DNA of 64,000 nucleotides. Origin: Spirochaetia bacterium. GTDB taxonomy: Bacteria; Spirochaetota; Spirochaetia; CADAEX01. Positions 40,553 to 51,910 of the stretch are shown in pieces. A model generated the notes under the pieces. The model had not been told where the DNA came from, searched no databases, and worked only from the letters and a program-made list of their open reading frames with translations. Each line of letters opens with the position of its first letter. The first letter of the stretch is position 1. The stretch covers positions 1 to 64,000 of the forward strand of contig CAXXHA010000016.1 of the NCBI GenBank assembly GCA_963662265.2. The letters are read 5' to 3'. The translations under genes and the position numbers were made by a program.

Positions 40553-41145
40553 TGGCACCTGAAATCAATCCATTTGTAATTTTCATTGCATCAATTTTTA
40601 CCAGCAATATTCTGCTTTCAAACTTCCTTGGAATGTGCTCATTCATATCTATATCGAAAGATATGAAATCTGCAAACGGCCTGGGGCTTGCAGTTACTGT
40701 AGTCCTCGGGTTTACAGGAATAATTAACTGGTATGTTCTTCAGTACATCCTTATTCCGCTTAATCTTCTCTATCTGCGGTATATTGTTTTTATTATTGTA
40801 ATAGCTGCAACTGTGCAGGTCCTTGAAATGGTTATAGACCGGCTTTCACCGGCGTTGTATATGTCTCTCGGGATTTTTCTTCCCCTCATAACAGTGAACT
40901 GTGCTATTCTCGGTGTTGCCCTGTTTGTGGAAATCAGGAAATATGACCTGCTTCAGACACTGTTCTTTTCAGTCGGATCAGGTCTAGGATGGTGGCTTGC
41001 TATTATGGCTCTTTCAGCCATCCAGAAGAAGCTTAAGACAGCTCCGGTCCCTGCAGGTCTTCAGGGCCCCGGAATCACACTGATAACAATCGGATTCATG
41101 GCTATGGCTTTTATCGGATTCTCCGGTATGGTTCCGATTCAGTAG
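40552..41145 (+). CDS. nqrE: NqrE/RnfA family subunit
   Basis: FLGMCSFIS, LGIFLPLITVNCAILG, GLQGPGITLITIGFMAMAF. Confidence 0.88.
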   Translation: MAPEINPFVIFIASIFTSNILLSNFLGMCSFISISKDMKSANGLGLAVTVVLGFTGIINWYVLQYILIPLNLLYLRYIVFIIVIAATVQVLEMVIDRLSPALYMSLGIFLPLITVNCAILGVALFVEIRKYDLLQTLFFSVGSGLGWWLAIMALSAIQKKLKTAPVPAGLQGPGITLITIGFMAMAFIGFSGMVPIQ

Positions 41146-41155
41146 GGGGGGGAGT

Positions 41156-42277
41156 ATGCAGGTAATGGATTATTTAACAGCCCCTCTCATAATAGCTTTT
41201 ATAACAGCAGTCCTGGCAGCGTTTATCTCAATTATTGACAGGATAGTCAATAATTACGGAGAAGTTAAGATTGATATCAATAACGGGAAAAAAGAGCTCA
41301 CCGTCAAGGGGGGAGCTCCTCTTCTCCACCTTCTTTCTTCTGAAAAAATATTCCTCCCATCAGCGTGCGGAGGAAGGGGAAGCTGCGGCGCATGCAAGTG
41401 CAAGGTAACAAGCGATGTAGGGCCTCATCTGCCGACAGAAACACCTTATCTTGAAAAAGATGAAATTGCACAGAATATCAGGTTATCCTGCCAGGTGAAG
41501 GTTAAGAAAGACATCTCCATAGAAATTCCTGAAGCTCTTTTCAATGTGAAGGAATTCAATGCCAGGGTGGAAAAGATAACAGATGTTACTCATGATATAA
41601 AGGAAGTCCTCATGGATATAGGGGACGAAGATATTACATTTGAAGCAGGAATGTATGTCCAGCTTGTAATTCCTTCATATGGAAAAATCAGGGGGACTAC
41701 ACAGCGGGCATATTCAATGTCATCAAAGCCTTCTGACAATCATCATATTGAACTCCTTATAAGGCTGGTTCCCGGCGGGATTGCAACTACATATGTGCAT
41801 GAACACCTGAAAGAGGGAGATGAAATAAAAGTTATCGGACCTTTCGGGGAATTCCACAGGTCAGAAACTTCTGCAGCCATGATATGTGTTGCAGGCGGAT
41901 CAGGTATGGCTCCTTTCAAATCAATTCTCTATGACATGTATGAGAAGGGTGATACGCAAAGGGATGTCTGGTATTTTTTCGGGGCAAGAACAAAGAAGGA
42001 TATGTTTTATCTTGATGAACTTTTTGAACTTGACAGCAAGTGGGATAAATTTCACTTTATTCCCGCCCTGTCAGAGCCTCAGGAAGGTGAGTCCTGGAAA
42101 GGTGAGACTGGTATTATTACAGATGTTCTTGATATTTACCTTAAGAGAAAGGTCGGAGTTGATGTTGAAAAAGAGGGGTATTTATGCGGAAGTCCAGGTA
42201 TGATTAATGCGTGTAACAATGTCATGACAGATAACGGGATCCCTCTTGAAAAGATATATTATGATAAATTTGCATAA
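41156..42277 (+). CDS. nqrF: NqrF-like NADH:acceptor oxidoreductase (2Fe-2S, FAD, NAD)
   Basis: N-terminal TM helix, SACGGRGSCGAC..RLSCQ, RAYSMSS, GGSGMAP, YLCGSPGM, YYDKF. Confidence 0.88.
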   Translation: MQVMDYLTAPLIIAFITAVLAAFISIIDRIVNNYGEVKIDINNGKKELTVKGGAPLLHLLSSEKIFLPSACGGRGSCGACKCKVTSDVGPHLPTETPYLEKDEIAQNIRLSCQVKVKKDISIEIPEALFNVKEFNARVEKITDVTHDIKEVLMDIGDEDITFEAGMYVQLVIPSYGKIRGTTQRAYSMSSKPSDNHHIELLIRLVPGGIATTYVHEHLKEGDEIKVIGPFGEFHRSETSAAMICVAGGSGMAPFKSILYDMYEKGDTQRDVWYFFGARTKKDMFYLDELFELDSKWDKFHFIPALSEPQEGESWKGETGIITDVLDIYLKRKVGVDVEKEGYLCGSPGMINACNNVMTDNGIPLEKIYYDKFA

Positions 42278-42362
42278 AAAGGTGTGAATAATTTAAACAG
42301 AAAATACCGGTTTTGCAGAGATTATCTGCAATTTGTACAAGCAGAACTACAGGAGAGAATTT

Positions 42363-42815
42363 ATGAAAATGTCGCCTGAATATAAGAAGATACAGGAAAA
42401 CATGGGAACAGGTATTATAACTGCATCAGGTTTTCTTGGAGATGATAAACGCAGCATTACAGACATAATCGAAGAAGATGAAGAAATGATGAGGCACTAC
42501 AAGCTTGATTATGAAGAGGTAACTGCGAGGCTCAGTTTTTTTATCGAAGAGGGTAAAAAAGGGCTTGGTGAGTTTATTACAGTTGAAGATAAATGGCTTG
42601 TAAGAACTGAAGAGGCAAGGGGGCATCTTCCCTGTCCGTTTGGAGATGGTCTTCAGAGAAAAATAACATGTGAAATTGTTCTTGAGGAAAAAGGTACAAG
42701 GCTTCTTTTCTCAACATTCTCCCTTCATCTCCTTAAGGAACACCATTTTCATCAGGGCAAGGGATCCCCTTTCCGGATTGAACCGTCAGTTCTCAGAGAA
42801 GTACTGAATTTTTAG
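42363..42815 (+). CDS. conserved hypothetical protein
   Basis: 150 aa after a GGAG RBS. GFLGDDKR, RGHLPCPF and HLLKEHHFHQGKGSPFR motifs. Confidence 0.7.
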   Translation: MKMSPEYKKIQENMGTGIITASGFLGDDKRSITDIIEEDEEMMRHYKLDYEEVTARLSFFIEEGKKGLGEFITVEDKWLVRTEEARGHLPCPFGDGLQRKITCEIVLEEKGTRLLFSTFSLHLLKEHHFHQGKGSPFRIEPSVLREVLNF

Positions 42816-42872
42816 AATTATATTTTTCTGATTCCTCCGGTTCAGGCTTTATCAGATGGATACGGATTACAG

Positions 42873-42899
42873 GCGGGTGGAGTTTCATCCGCTTTTTTT
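42873..42899 (+). terminator. intrinsic terminator of the nqr-like cluster
   Basis: GCGGGTGGA-GT-TTCATCCGC followed by T7. Confidence 0.65.
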
Positions 42900-43127
42900 G
42901 TACATGTTCCGATTGCTTTTAAAGGAGGGTGTCTAAAGTCCGAAAGCAGAACTGCATTTTGAGCAGCAATAAAACTCGCTTTAGCGAATTTTTTCCGGCA
43001 AGCTGCGGACAATTGCCCTGGATTCTATTTTATAATCATAGTTTTCACTGCCTGTTATTTTTTTGTTGGTTTTTTGTTTTAAACTGATTAAAATAATATA
43101 AACAATCTGAAGAAACTGGTGGAATAA

Positions 43128-43922
43128 ATGAAAATACTTGTGCTTGATTTTGACGGAGTAATCTGCGACAGCGCTGATGAAACTGCAAGGGCCGGCTGGC
43201 TTGCTGGGAGCATCATCTGGCCTGACTGGGCAAAACATGATATTACTCCCCGTTTCATCAGGGAATTCAGAAAACTCAGGCCGCTTCTCCACACAGGTTT
43301 TGAATCGATAGCTATTCTCAAGGCTATTGAAGAAGAATACAGCATTCCATTTGTAAAATCAAACTACCACTTTCTGATGAGGCAGATATTCACATCAACC
43401 CAGTATAATTTTGATGAACTGAAAGATATCATGGACAGGGTCCGATCTGACTGGATAAGGATAAATGAGAGAGACTGGCTTTCAAGGCACCGTTTTTTCT
43501 ACGGGTTTGACAGTTTTATTCCGGCAGCATGGAAAAAATATGATGCGGTTTATATCCTTACAACAAAACACGGAAGATTTGCTAAAAAGCTTCTTGATTA
43601 TGCAGGGATTGATTTCGATGAGGACTTTATAATAGGGCTTGAAAAAGGGAAGGATAAGAACGAATCGCTTAAAGAGCTTATTGAGAGATATTCAGAAGGT
43701 GATGATCCATCAGATAAGCCTGAAGTAATTTTCCTTGATGACAGGTTTCTTACCCTTGAGAAGGTTTTAAAAGATCCTGATCTGTCCTCTATAAAGCTTT
43801 TTATGCCCTGCTGGGGATATAATTATTCTGAAGAAAGGTATGCTGCAGAGGAAGATGAGAGGATCAGTCTTATAGAGCTTGATGACCTTGATATGCTGCT
43901 TGACTTCAGAAAAATCAGATAA
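43128..43922 (+). CDS. HAD superfamily hydrolase
   Basis: LDFDGVICDS motif I, ILTTK, FLDDR, CWGYN. Confidence 0.85.
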   Translation: MKILVLDFDGVICDSADETARAGWLAGSIIWPDWAKHDITPRFIREFRKLRPLLHTGFESIAILKAIEEEYSIPFVKSNYHFLMRQIFTSTQYNFDELKDIMDRVRSDWIRINERDWLSRHRFFYGFDSFIPAAWKKYDAVYILTTKHGRFAKKLLDYAGIDFDEDFIIGLEKGKDKNESLKELIERYSEGDDPSDKPEVIFLDDRFLTLEKVLKDPDLSSIKLFMPCWGYNYSEERYAAEEDERISLIELDDLDMLLDFRKIR

Positions 43923-44068
43923 ATATCATCCCTCTGTAAAACCCGCCAGCTTCGGCTGCCGGATATTATTAAATACTGAAAATTTTCAACGTAAATTATC
44001 TATAGCTTATACAGGTGTATATCTTGATTGGAAATTTATAAGCATAAGATAATGTGCAATGCACTCGC

Positions 44069-44650
44069 TTATTTCTTCTGCCACTTATCAACATATTTAA
44101 TTTCCTTGTTTAAGACATTTTCAAGTAGTTTTTCAGGGTTTTCTTCTATTATCAGCGCTTCCCTATGCCCCTGTTTGAAGAATCCCTCGTTAACGGCCCT
44201 GTCAAACATTGAAATGAGCGGATCATAGTATCCCTCAGTATTGAGAAGACCTACAGGCTTTAAATGGTAACCCAGCTGATTCCAGGTAATAACCTCAATA
44301 AGTTCTTCAAGTGTTCCGGTCCCCCCGGGTAATGCAATAAAAGCACCTGAAAGTGAATACATTTTTGCCTTTCTTTCATGCATTGAAGGAACTGTTATTG
44401 TCTTAACCCCGTCAAGCGGCTGAACTTTCTCAGCAATCAGCTCAGGAATTATGCCAGTTACTTGTGCCCCCCCTTCAAGAGCTGCGGATGCTGCAGCCTT
44501 CATCAGTCCTATATTTCCTCCGCCGTATACCAGTGAAAGCCTTTTCTCAGATACAGCTTTCCCCAGTTTTAAAGCTTCCTGAATGTAAATATCCCTGTTC
44601 CCGCTGCTTGATCCCGAAAATATACATACTGTTTTTATTCTGTCTGCCAT
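44069..44650 (-). CDS. LOG family protein (TIGR00730 nucleotide phosphoribohydrolase)
   Basis: LVYGGGNIGLM, MHERKAKM, PGGTGTLEE. Confidence 0.92.
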   Translation of the reverse strand: MADRIKTVCIFSGSSSGNRDIYIQEALKLGKAVSEKRLSLVYGGGNIGLMKAAASAALEGGAQVTGIIPELIAEKVQPLDGVKTITVPSMHERKAKMYSLSGAFIALPGGTGTLEELIEVITWNQLGYHLKPVGLLNTEGYYDPLISMFDRAVNEGFFKQGHREALIIEENPEKLLENVLNKEIKYVDKWQKK

Positions 44651-44814
44651 TTTGCCCTGCTTTTCATATTTTAATCTTTTATATATAATCTAATAACTAA
44701 TGAAATCAATCAAGTCACTGTCTTTATCTGCATGTGGCAGGAGAGCCTTTTATTTTTAAATCACTGAAATGTGCGGCTTTTATTCGCGTTGTGTAATTAT
44801 CTTCAGGAGAAAAA

Positions 44815-46149
44815 ATGATAAATAATAAAACTCAGTCCGGAATGAAAGGAAATTTTCCGTTTGCGCCTGTTAAAATAAAATTTTTTTACGGGTGGGTAAT
44901 TCTTGTAGCAGGGGCTATAGGTGTTGTAATGAGTATTCCGGGACAGACAATGGGAGTCTCGGTTTTTACAGACCGTCTTATTGAATCGCTTGATATAAGC
45001 CGTCTGAATTTGAGTCTCGCATATATGATTGGAACTCTATCGAGCAGTCTGCTGCTTTCAAGGGCGGGCAAACAGTATGATAAATACGGAGCCAGAGTAA
45101 CTGCAGTTGCATCCTCTTTTCTTATGGGTGCGGTACTTATTTACATGAGCAGTCTCAAGATACTGTCAGGCAGTTTAAACAGTTTTTTCGGGATACCTTT
45201 CGGTATTGCATCTTTTATACTTTTAACTCCCGGGTTTTTTGCTCTCCGGTTTTTCGGACAGGGAGTCCTTACCATGGTTTCCAGAAATATGGTAATGAAG
45301 TGGTTTGACAGAAAAAGGGGATTTGCAGCAGCTCTTATGGGAATAATCACAGCATTCGGATTTTCATATGCTCCAAAACCATTCAACAGCCTCATAGTTT
45401 CATTCGGTTGGGAAGGGGCATGGAGAATAATAGGTTTATCCGCCCTTTTTATATTCCCGTTTTTTATCCTTGTATTTTACAGGGATAATCCAGAAATCTG
45501 CGGCCTGAATCCGGACGGAATAAAAAAAGCTGAAGAAAAAAAGGACAGTGAATTTGTCAAGGAATCAGTCGGATCTGACATGACTCTGAAGGAAGCAAGA
45601 AAAACAGCTGTATTCTGGATAGCAATATTCACTGTTTCCATGTGGGCTCTTTACAACACAGCAGTGACATTCCATATTGTTTCGATATTCAGTCTCAAAG
45701 GGATGGGAAGCGCGGTTGCAGTATCAATTTTTCTTCCCTATTCTGTGTTTTCTGTTCTTTCAAGACTCTTTACAGGATGGATAAGCGACAGGGTAAAGCT
45801 TAAATACATAATCCTGATGCAGCTCTTCACATCAATTATAGCTCTTGTTTTTCTCGGGCTCCTGAGCAGCAGTCCTGTAATACTGTGGGGATTTATTGTT
45901 TTTCTCGGTTTTGCAAGCGGAAGCTGGGGAGTACTTAACAGTATTACCTGGATACGGCTTTTCGGAAGGAAGCATCTTGGTGAAATTACCGGTTTTGCCA
46001 TGGGATGGATAGTTGCCGGCAGTGCATTCGGACCATACCTTTTCAGTATTTCAGAAAAGGTTTCCGGAGGTTACAGCCTGTCTGTAATATTATGTATTTC
46101 AGTTATAGTTCTGATTACAATACTGACAATGCTGAAGGTTAAACGCTGA
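44815..46149 (+). CDS. MFS transporter
   Basis: FFYGWVI..SIPGQT, DKYGAR, KWFDRKRG, FGRKHLG. 12 TM helices. Confidence 0.9.
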   Translation: MINNKTQSGMKGNFPFAPVKIKFFYGWVILVAGAIGVVMSIPGQTMGVSVFTDRLIESLDISRLNLSLAYMIGTLSSSLLLSRAGKQYDKYGARVTAVASSFLMGAVLIYMSSLKILSGSLNSFFGIPFGIASFILLTPGFFALRFFGQGVLTMVSRNMVMKWFDRKRGFAAALMGIITAFGFSYAPKPFNSLIVSFGWEGAWRIIGLSALFIFPFFILVFYRDNPEICGLNPDGIKKAEEKKDSEFVKESVGSDMTLKEARKTAVFWIAIFTVSMWALYNTAVTFHIVSIFSLKGMGSAVAVSIFLPYSVFSVLSRLFTGWISDRVKLKYIILMQLFTSIIALVFLGLLSSSPVILWGFIVFLGFASGSWGVLNSITWIRLFGRKHLGEITGFAMGWIVAGSAFGPYLFSISEKVSGGYSLSVILCISVIVLITILTMLKVKR

Positions 46150-46301
46150 AAAAGGGCTGTAATTACAGTGAAAAAAAACTGAAAATATATTAAACAATAA
46201 ATAATTGCGTGATATTATTTATTCGCAGGTCGGGTCTAATACCCTGTAGCTTGCTGTGTAATTTTGAAAATAAGTAAGATTTAGATTGTATATTTTTTTA
46301 A

Positions 46302-46520
46302 GTCCAGGACCCGACATACAATCCATTCCTTACAAGGATGCATTCGAGCTCGTTCCTCGATGCTGAGCATCTGTGGTACGACTCGCTGGCGAGCAGTAAC
46401 CGGAGGTTACGACCAGCCCAGAACCACATACACCGCTGCTTGTAAAAAGCCCGTACCAGCTGGAACGGGCGCCAGAGGGGGTGTTGAAAGCCCTGTGCCG
46501 AGAGACTCTGCTTAGTGGCT
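46302..46520 (+). ncRNA. candidate structured non-coding RNA or mobile-element-derived RNA (family not recognised)
   Basis: GC-rich island with nested stems: 46362-69/46509-16, 46372-77/46423-28, 46385-89/46413-17, 46396-401/46405-10, 46449-54/46465-70. Strand uncertain. Confidence 0.45.
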
Positions 46521-46609
46521 CAATTATTTTATCGATACAAAATGCAGATATGAGTTATATTATCTGCAGTCAGGTACTTATTAACATAAATTAGGAAAGG
46601 GAGATTTTA

Positions 46610-47131
46610 ATGGCGAAAAATAAAATTGAATTTGCAAATCTGCGGCTTGATGCGATTAATGTCTGGCTCAACAGATGGTGCCTTCTTACATCCGGAGATA
46701 AAGATAACAGCAATTCCATGACCGTAGGCTGGGGAAGTATAGGGGGAATGTGGAGAAAACCGTTTATTCAGGTTGTTGTGCGTCCTCAGCGGTATACATA
46801 TGAATTTATGGAAAAATATGATTCTTTTACTGTTTCTGTCCTTCCTGCGCAGTACAAGGATGCTCTTTCTGTCATGGGCAGTAAGTCAGGCAGAGATATG
46901 GATAAGGTGAGTGAAGCAGGTCTTACTCTTCAGAATTCCGAATTTGTTGATGCTCCCTCTTTCAAGGAAGCCGAACTTGTCTTTGAATGCAGAAAGAACT
47001 ACTGGCAGGATATGAATCCTGATAATTTTCTTGACAGCTCAATATTTGAAAAATATCCTGATAAGGACTATCACAGAATTTATTTCGGTGAAATTGCAGG
47101 TATTTTTGGTGAGCATTATTACAGGGCGTAA
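46610..47131 (+). CDS. flavin reductase family protein
   Basis: NSMTVGWG, VRPQRYT, GSKSGRDMDK, YHRIYFGEI. Confidence 0.88.
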   Translation: MAKNKIEFANLRLDAINVWLNRWCLLTSGDKDNSNSMTVGWGSIGGMWRKPFIQVVVRPQRYTYEFMEKYDSFTVSVLPAQYKDALSVMGSKSGRDMDKVSEAGLTLQNSEFVDAPSFKEAELVFECRKNYWQDMNPDNFLDSSIFEKYPDKDYHRIYFGEIAGIFGEHYYRA

Positions 47132-47266
47132 TCTGCTCACCATGCACGTTTAAGGATTTTTCCTGTTTTTACAGGACTATTATAGATATAAAACTGTATT
47201 TTCCCGGGAATATTATTAAGTTTGGTGTTCCTGATAATTGTTTCAGCCGGGAAAGAACAGTAATAA

Positions 47267-48793
<1,527 letters not shown>

Positions 48794-49072
48794 TTTTTTG
48801 TATTTATTATTCACATGTATTCTGAAATATTCAGATTTATACTGATAAATTAAAATAATTTTAATATCCATGTATTAAGTCAATTTTATGCTTTTAAAGT
48901 TTGTAAACAGGTAAATCAGGTTCGGATTCAGGAAAAATAATATAAAAAACCTGCCTGATTAACAACCAGGCCGGTTTTGTGCTTTAAGGAACATAATATT
49001 CTGGAGACTTTCCCTGCAACTTATTGTTGCAGGCAAACAGAAAGAGCCGGAAAAACAGTTGTTTTCTTGCTA

Positions 49073-49303
49073 TTATCTGTGAATAGCTCTTTCTATTTCG
49101 CCCTGATTGAAACCGACTATTATTTTGCCGTTTATATCAATTACAGGAACACCCATCTGTCCCGATTTCTGCATCATTTCTTCAGCTTTTCTCACATCTG
49201 AAGCAACGTTAAAATCCTGGAAATTTATATTATTTTTTCTGAAGTAGTCTTTTGCAAGATTGCAGTATCCGCATGTCGGTGTGCTGTATATTGTAACGCT
49301 CAT
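49073..49303 (-). CDS. glutaredoxin-like protein (YruB/NrdH family)
   Basis: YSTPTCGYC, SGQMGVPVIDI..IIVGF. Confidence 0.92.
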   Translation of the reverse strand: MSVTIYSTPTCGYCNLAKDYFRKNNINFQDFNVASDVRKAEEMMQKSGQMGVPVIDINGKIIVGFNQGEIERAIHR

Positions 49304-49535
49304 TTCTCTCTCCTATATATAAGAAATACTATATATAATATATGGTAAGTTCTTGTAAGAGTCAATGAAAAATAATAAAAAAATATATTATAATTGTTTG
49401 TATATCGAATAAATATGGATGATACTTGTCGATGTCAATTGTTGAATTTTCATCTGCTGCAATATATTTAAGATGTTGCAGGTTGAAAAGCTGGTTTCTG
49501 CCGCAGTAAGAACAAGGAAGTATAAAGGGGGCTTT

Positions 49536-50640
49536 ATGGCTGATGTATTTTTAACTGATATGAGAACTGAACCGGGAAATAGTATTCTGGATAAATTTGA
49601 AAAGCTTCTGCTTAAGGGGGGGCTTGATAAAATTGATTTTAAAAATAAATTTGTGGCATTGAAGATTCATTTCGGAGAGCCCGGGAACCTGGCCTATATA
49701 AGGCCGAATTATATTCATGTGATAACTGAAATAATTAAGAAGCACGGGGGAAGGCCTTTCCTGACTGATACAAATACACTCTATACAGGAAAGAGGGCAA
49801 ACGCTGTTGACCATCTTGTTTCGGCTGAAAGAAACGGTTTTACATTTTCAGTCACAGATGTTCCTGTAATTATTGCTGACGGGCTGAAAGGGACTGATTA
49901 CCGGGAAATTGAAGTAAACTTGTCCCATGTAAAGAAAGCTAAAATCGGTGCAGTTGTAGCTGACAGCGATATTCTAATTTCTGTAAGTCATTTTAAGGGG
50001 CATGATATGACTGGTTTTGGAGGAACCCTCAAGAATGTCGGAATGGGAAGCGGATCGAGGGGTGGAAAACTGGAAATGCATTCTTCTTCCAAACCACATA
50101 TCAGTGAAAAAAGATGTGTTTCCTGCGGAACATGTATTAAAGAATGCAGTCAGAATGCAATTTCATTCAACAGCATGAATAAGGCGGAAATAGACTATAC
50201 GCTCTGTATCGGATGCGGGCAGTGTGTTGCTGTGTGCATGTATAAGGCTGCACTTTTCAACTGGGATGAAAATATAAAAGTTGCCTGTGAAAAAATTGCA
50301 GAATATGCATATGCTGCGTTAAAAAAACAAACCGCATTTCCATATAAGTTTTATTACTGATATATCGCCTTTTTGTGATTGCCTGCCGAATAATGATATG
50401 CCTGTTGTTCCTGATATCGGAATTGCAGTATCTTCCGATCCGGTAGCTCTTGATAAGGCGTGTGTGGACCTTGTAAACTCATCAAAGCATATTCACGGCT
50501 CAGTTCTTGACGAGCGCGGCTACTCGGAAGGGGATGACATATTTACTAAAATACATCCTGAGACTGACTGGCGATATACTCTTGATCATGCATCACGAAT
50601 AGGACTGGGCAGCGGTGATTATAAAATAATCAGAATATAA
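49536..50640 (+). CDS. DUF362 domain Fe-S protein with two 4Fe-4S motifs (~367 aa; apparent +1 frameshift near 50325)
   Basis: KIHFGEPGN, SHFKGHDMTGFGGTLKN, CVSCGTCIKEC, CIGCGQCVAVC. After the A-run the frame continues ISPFCDC..DPVALDKAC. Confidence 0.88.
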
Positions 50641-50692
50641 TTCAGAGAAATGCAATTTCTGCAATAAACAGGATGCTCTTTGGAGAGCATCC

Positions 50693-51514
50693 TTACCATG
50701 TATTATGTTGTACAAACATTAGATTGTTCTTTACTTCCTCTATTCCTTCAACTGCTTTTACAGAGATTTCACACTCACTTATACGGCTTTCAACCTCTAC
50801 TGTCCCTGATAGAGTTGCTTTTTTTCCAGTTACTTTTACATCTAAAAGATTTACAGGTATTTTATCTGTATAGAGTATTTTAGTCTTTATTATTTGAGAA
50901 AGATGGAGGTCAATGAGGGCAGATTTACTGCTTTTTACATCTGTATCAGCTATATAGGTTTTAACCGCAGAGGTAATTATTTCTGATACTGATTTGTTTT
51001 TGAGTTTGTCTGTATTCAGTATCATGTCATAATAAGAGGACTCATCCCATGATTTTCCGTAGAAGAATTTGTGAAATCCGTTTCTGTCATGATCCACATG
51101 ATGAATAAACTTTTCCGCCTGTTTTCTGTCAGATTTATGTATGGCAGCAATTCTGTTTATTCTTGTGTCTTCTGAAGCAATTACCCTTAACCTGAATACT
51201 CCGGGGATGTTTTCAAAAATAAAAGCCCCCCCTCTTCCGAGGATTACACAGCCCTTATTCTCAACAGCAGCATTCAGCATAAAAAGCTTCAGATAATTAT
51301 GATACCTTTCATACACATGCAGATAGGAATCAAGGAGTGAGGGTTTTTTTTCATCATATTTGTTAAAATTTTCAGCGCTGAGTCCGTAATCATCTTCAAG
51401 GGCTTTTTCTATGATATTTCTGTCAAAATAGGGATATTTGAAGTTGCCTGCAATTTCTGCGGCAATTTCACTATTGAAACTTCCTTCCTGTCTTGAAATA
51501 GTTATAATAGCCAT
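50693..51514 (-). CDS. cytidylate kinase-like family protein with C-terminal BON domain
   Basis: MAIITISRQEGS, CVILGRGG, YDMILNT. C-terminal ATLSGTV..VEGIEEVKNNL. Confidence 0.85.
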   Translation of the reverse strand: MAIITISRQEGSFNSEIAAEIAGNFKYPYFDRNIIEKALEDDYGLSAENFNKYDEKKPSLLDSYLHVYERYHNYLKLFMLNAAVENKGCVILGRGGAFIFENIPGVFRLRVIASEDTRINRIAAIHKSDRKQAEKFIHHVDHDRNGFHKFFYGKSWDESSYYDMILNTDKLKNKSVSEIITSAVKTYIADTDVKSSKSALIDLHLSQIIKTKILYTDKIPVNLLDVKVTGKKATLSGTVEVESRISECEISVKAVEGIEEVKNNLMFVQHNTW

Positions 51515-51537
51515 TTTTATCTCCTATAACACTTTTA

Positions 51538-51636
51538 TTACGCTGTCGGGCACTTCCTTTCAGGAAGTCTCCGGCGCTTATGCCAAAATACAAACAAATT
51601 GACATTTTTCGGGCACTTTCTGAAAGAAAGCCCCTG
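51538..51636 (-). repeat. dispersed copy of the two-hairpin element found upstream of ortA (plus a partial extra hairpin)
   Basis: Minus strand ATGTCAATTTGTTTGTATTTTGGCAT-AAGCGCCGGAGACTTCCTGAAAGGAAGTGCCCGACAGCGTAA aligns to the 75-bp unit. Confidence 0.75.
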
Positions 51637-51858
51637 TAATTAATAATAAAAAAGCAGGTTTTATTATTCCTACTATAGGAATTCTAGTATTAAATATTTT
51701 CAAATTCAATTTTTGTTTGTGAATATTTTACAAAAGGTACTGAATTGCTTGAATGAAGCAGATATTTTACAGCAGTTGAAGTTTAATACAGGTTTCAAGC
51801 AGCTTATCCTGAAAATATTGCCACTAGTCAGTGAGTGAGTGGCAATATCGGGAAAAAC

Positions 51859-51886
51859 AGGGCTGTCTTGCTTCAAAGACAGCCCT
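51859..51886 (-). terminator. intrinsic terminator after the Ig-like lipoprotein gene
   Basis: GGGCTGTCTT...AAGACAGCCC stem with a minus-strand T-tract. A second hairpin ATATTGCCACT/AGTGGCAATAT at 51815-51849. Confidence 0.65.
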
Positions 51887-51910
51887 TAAAGAATCAGTTA
51901 AGTAAAAAAG

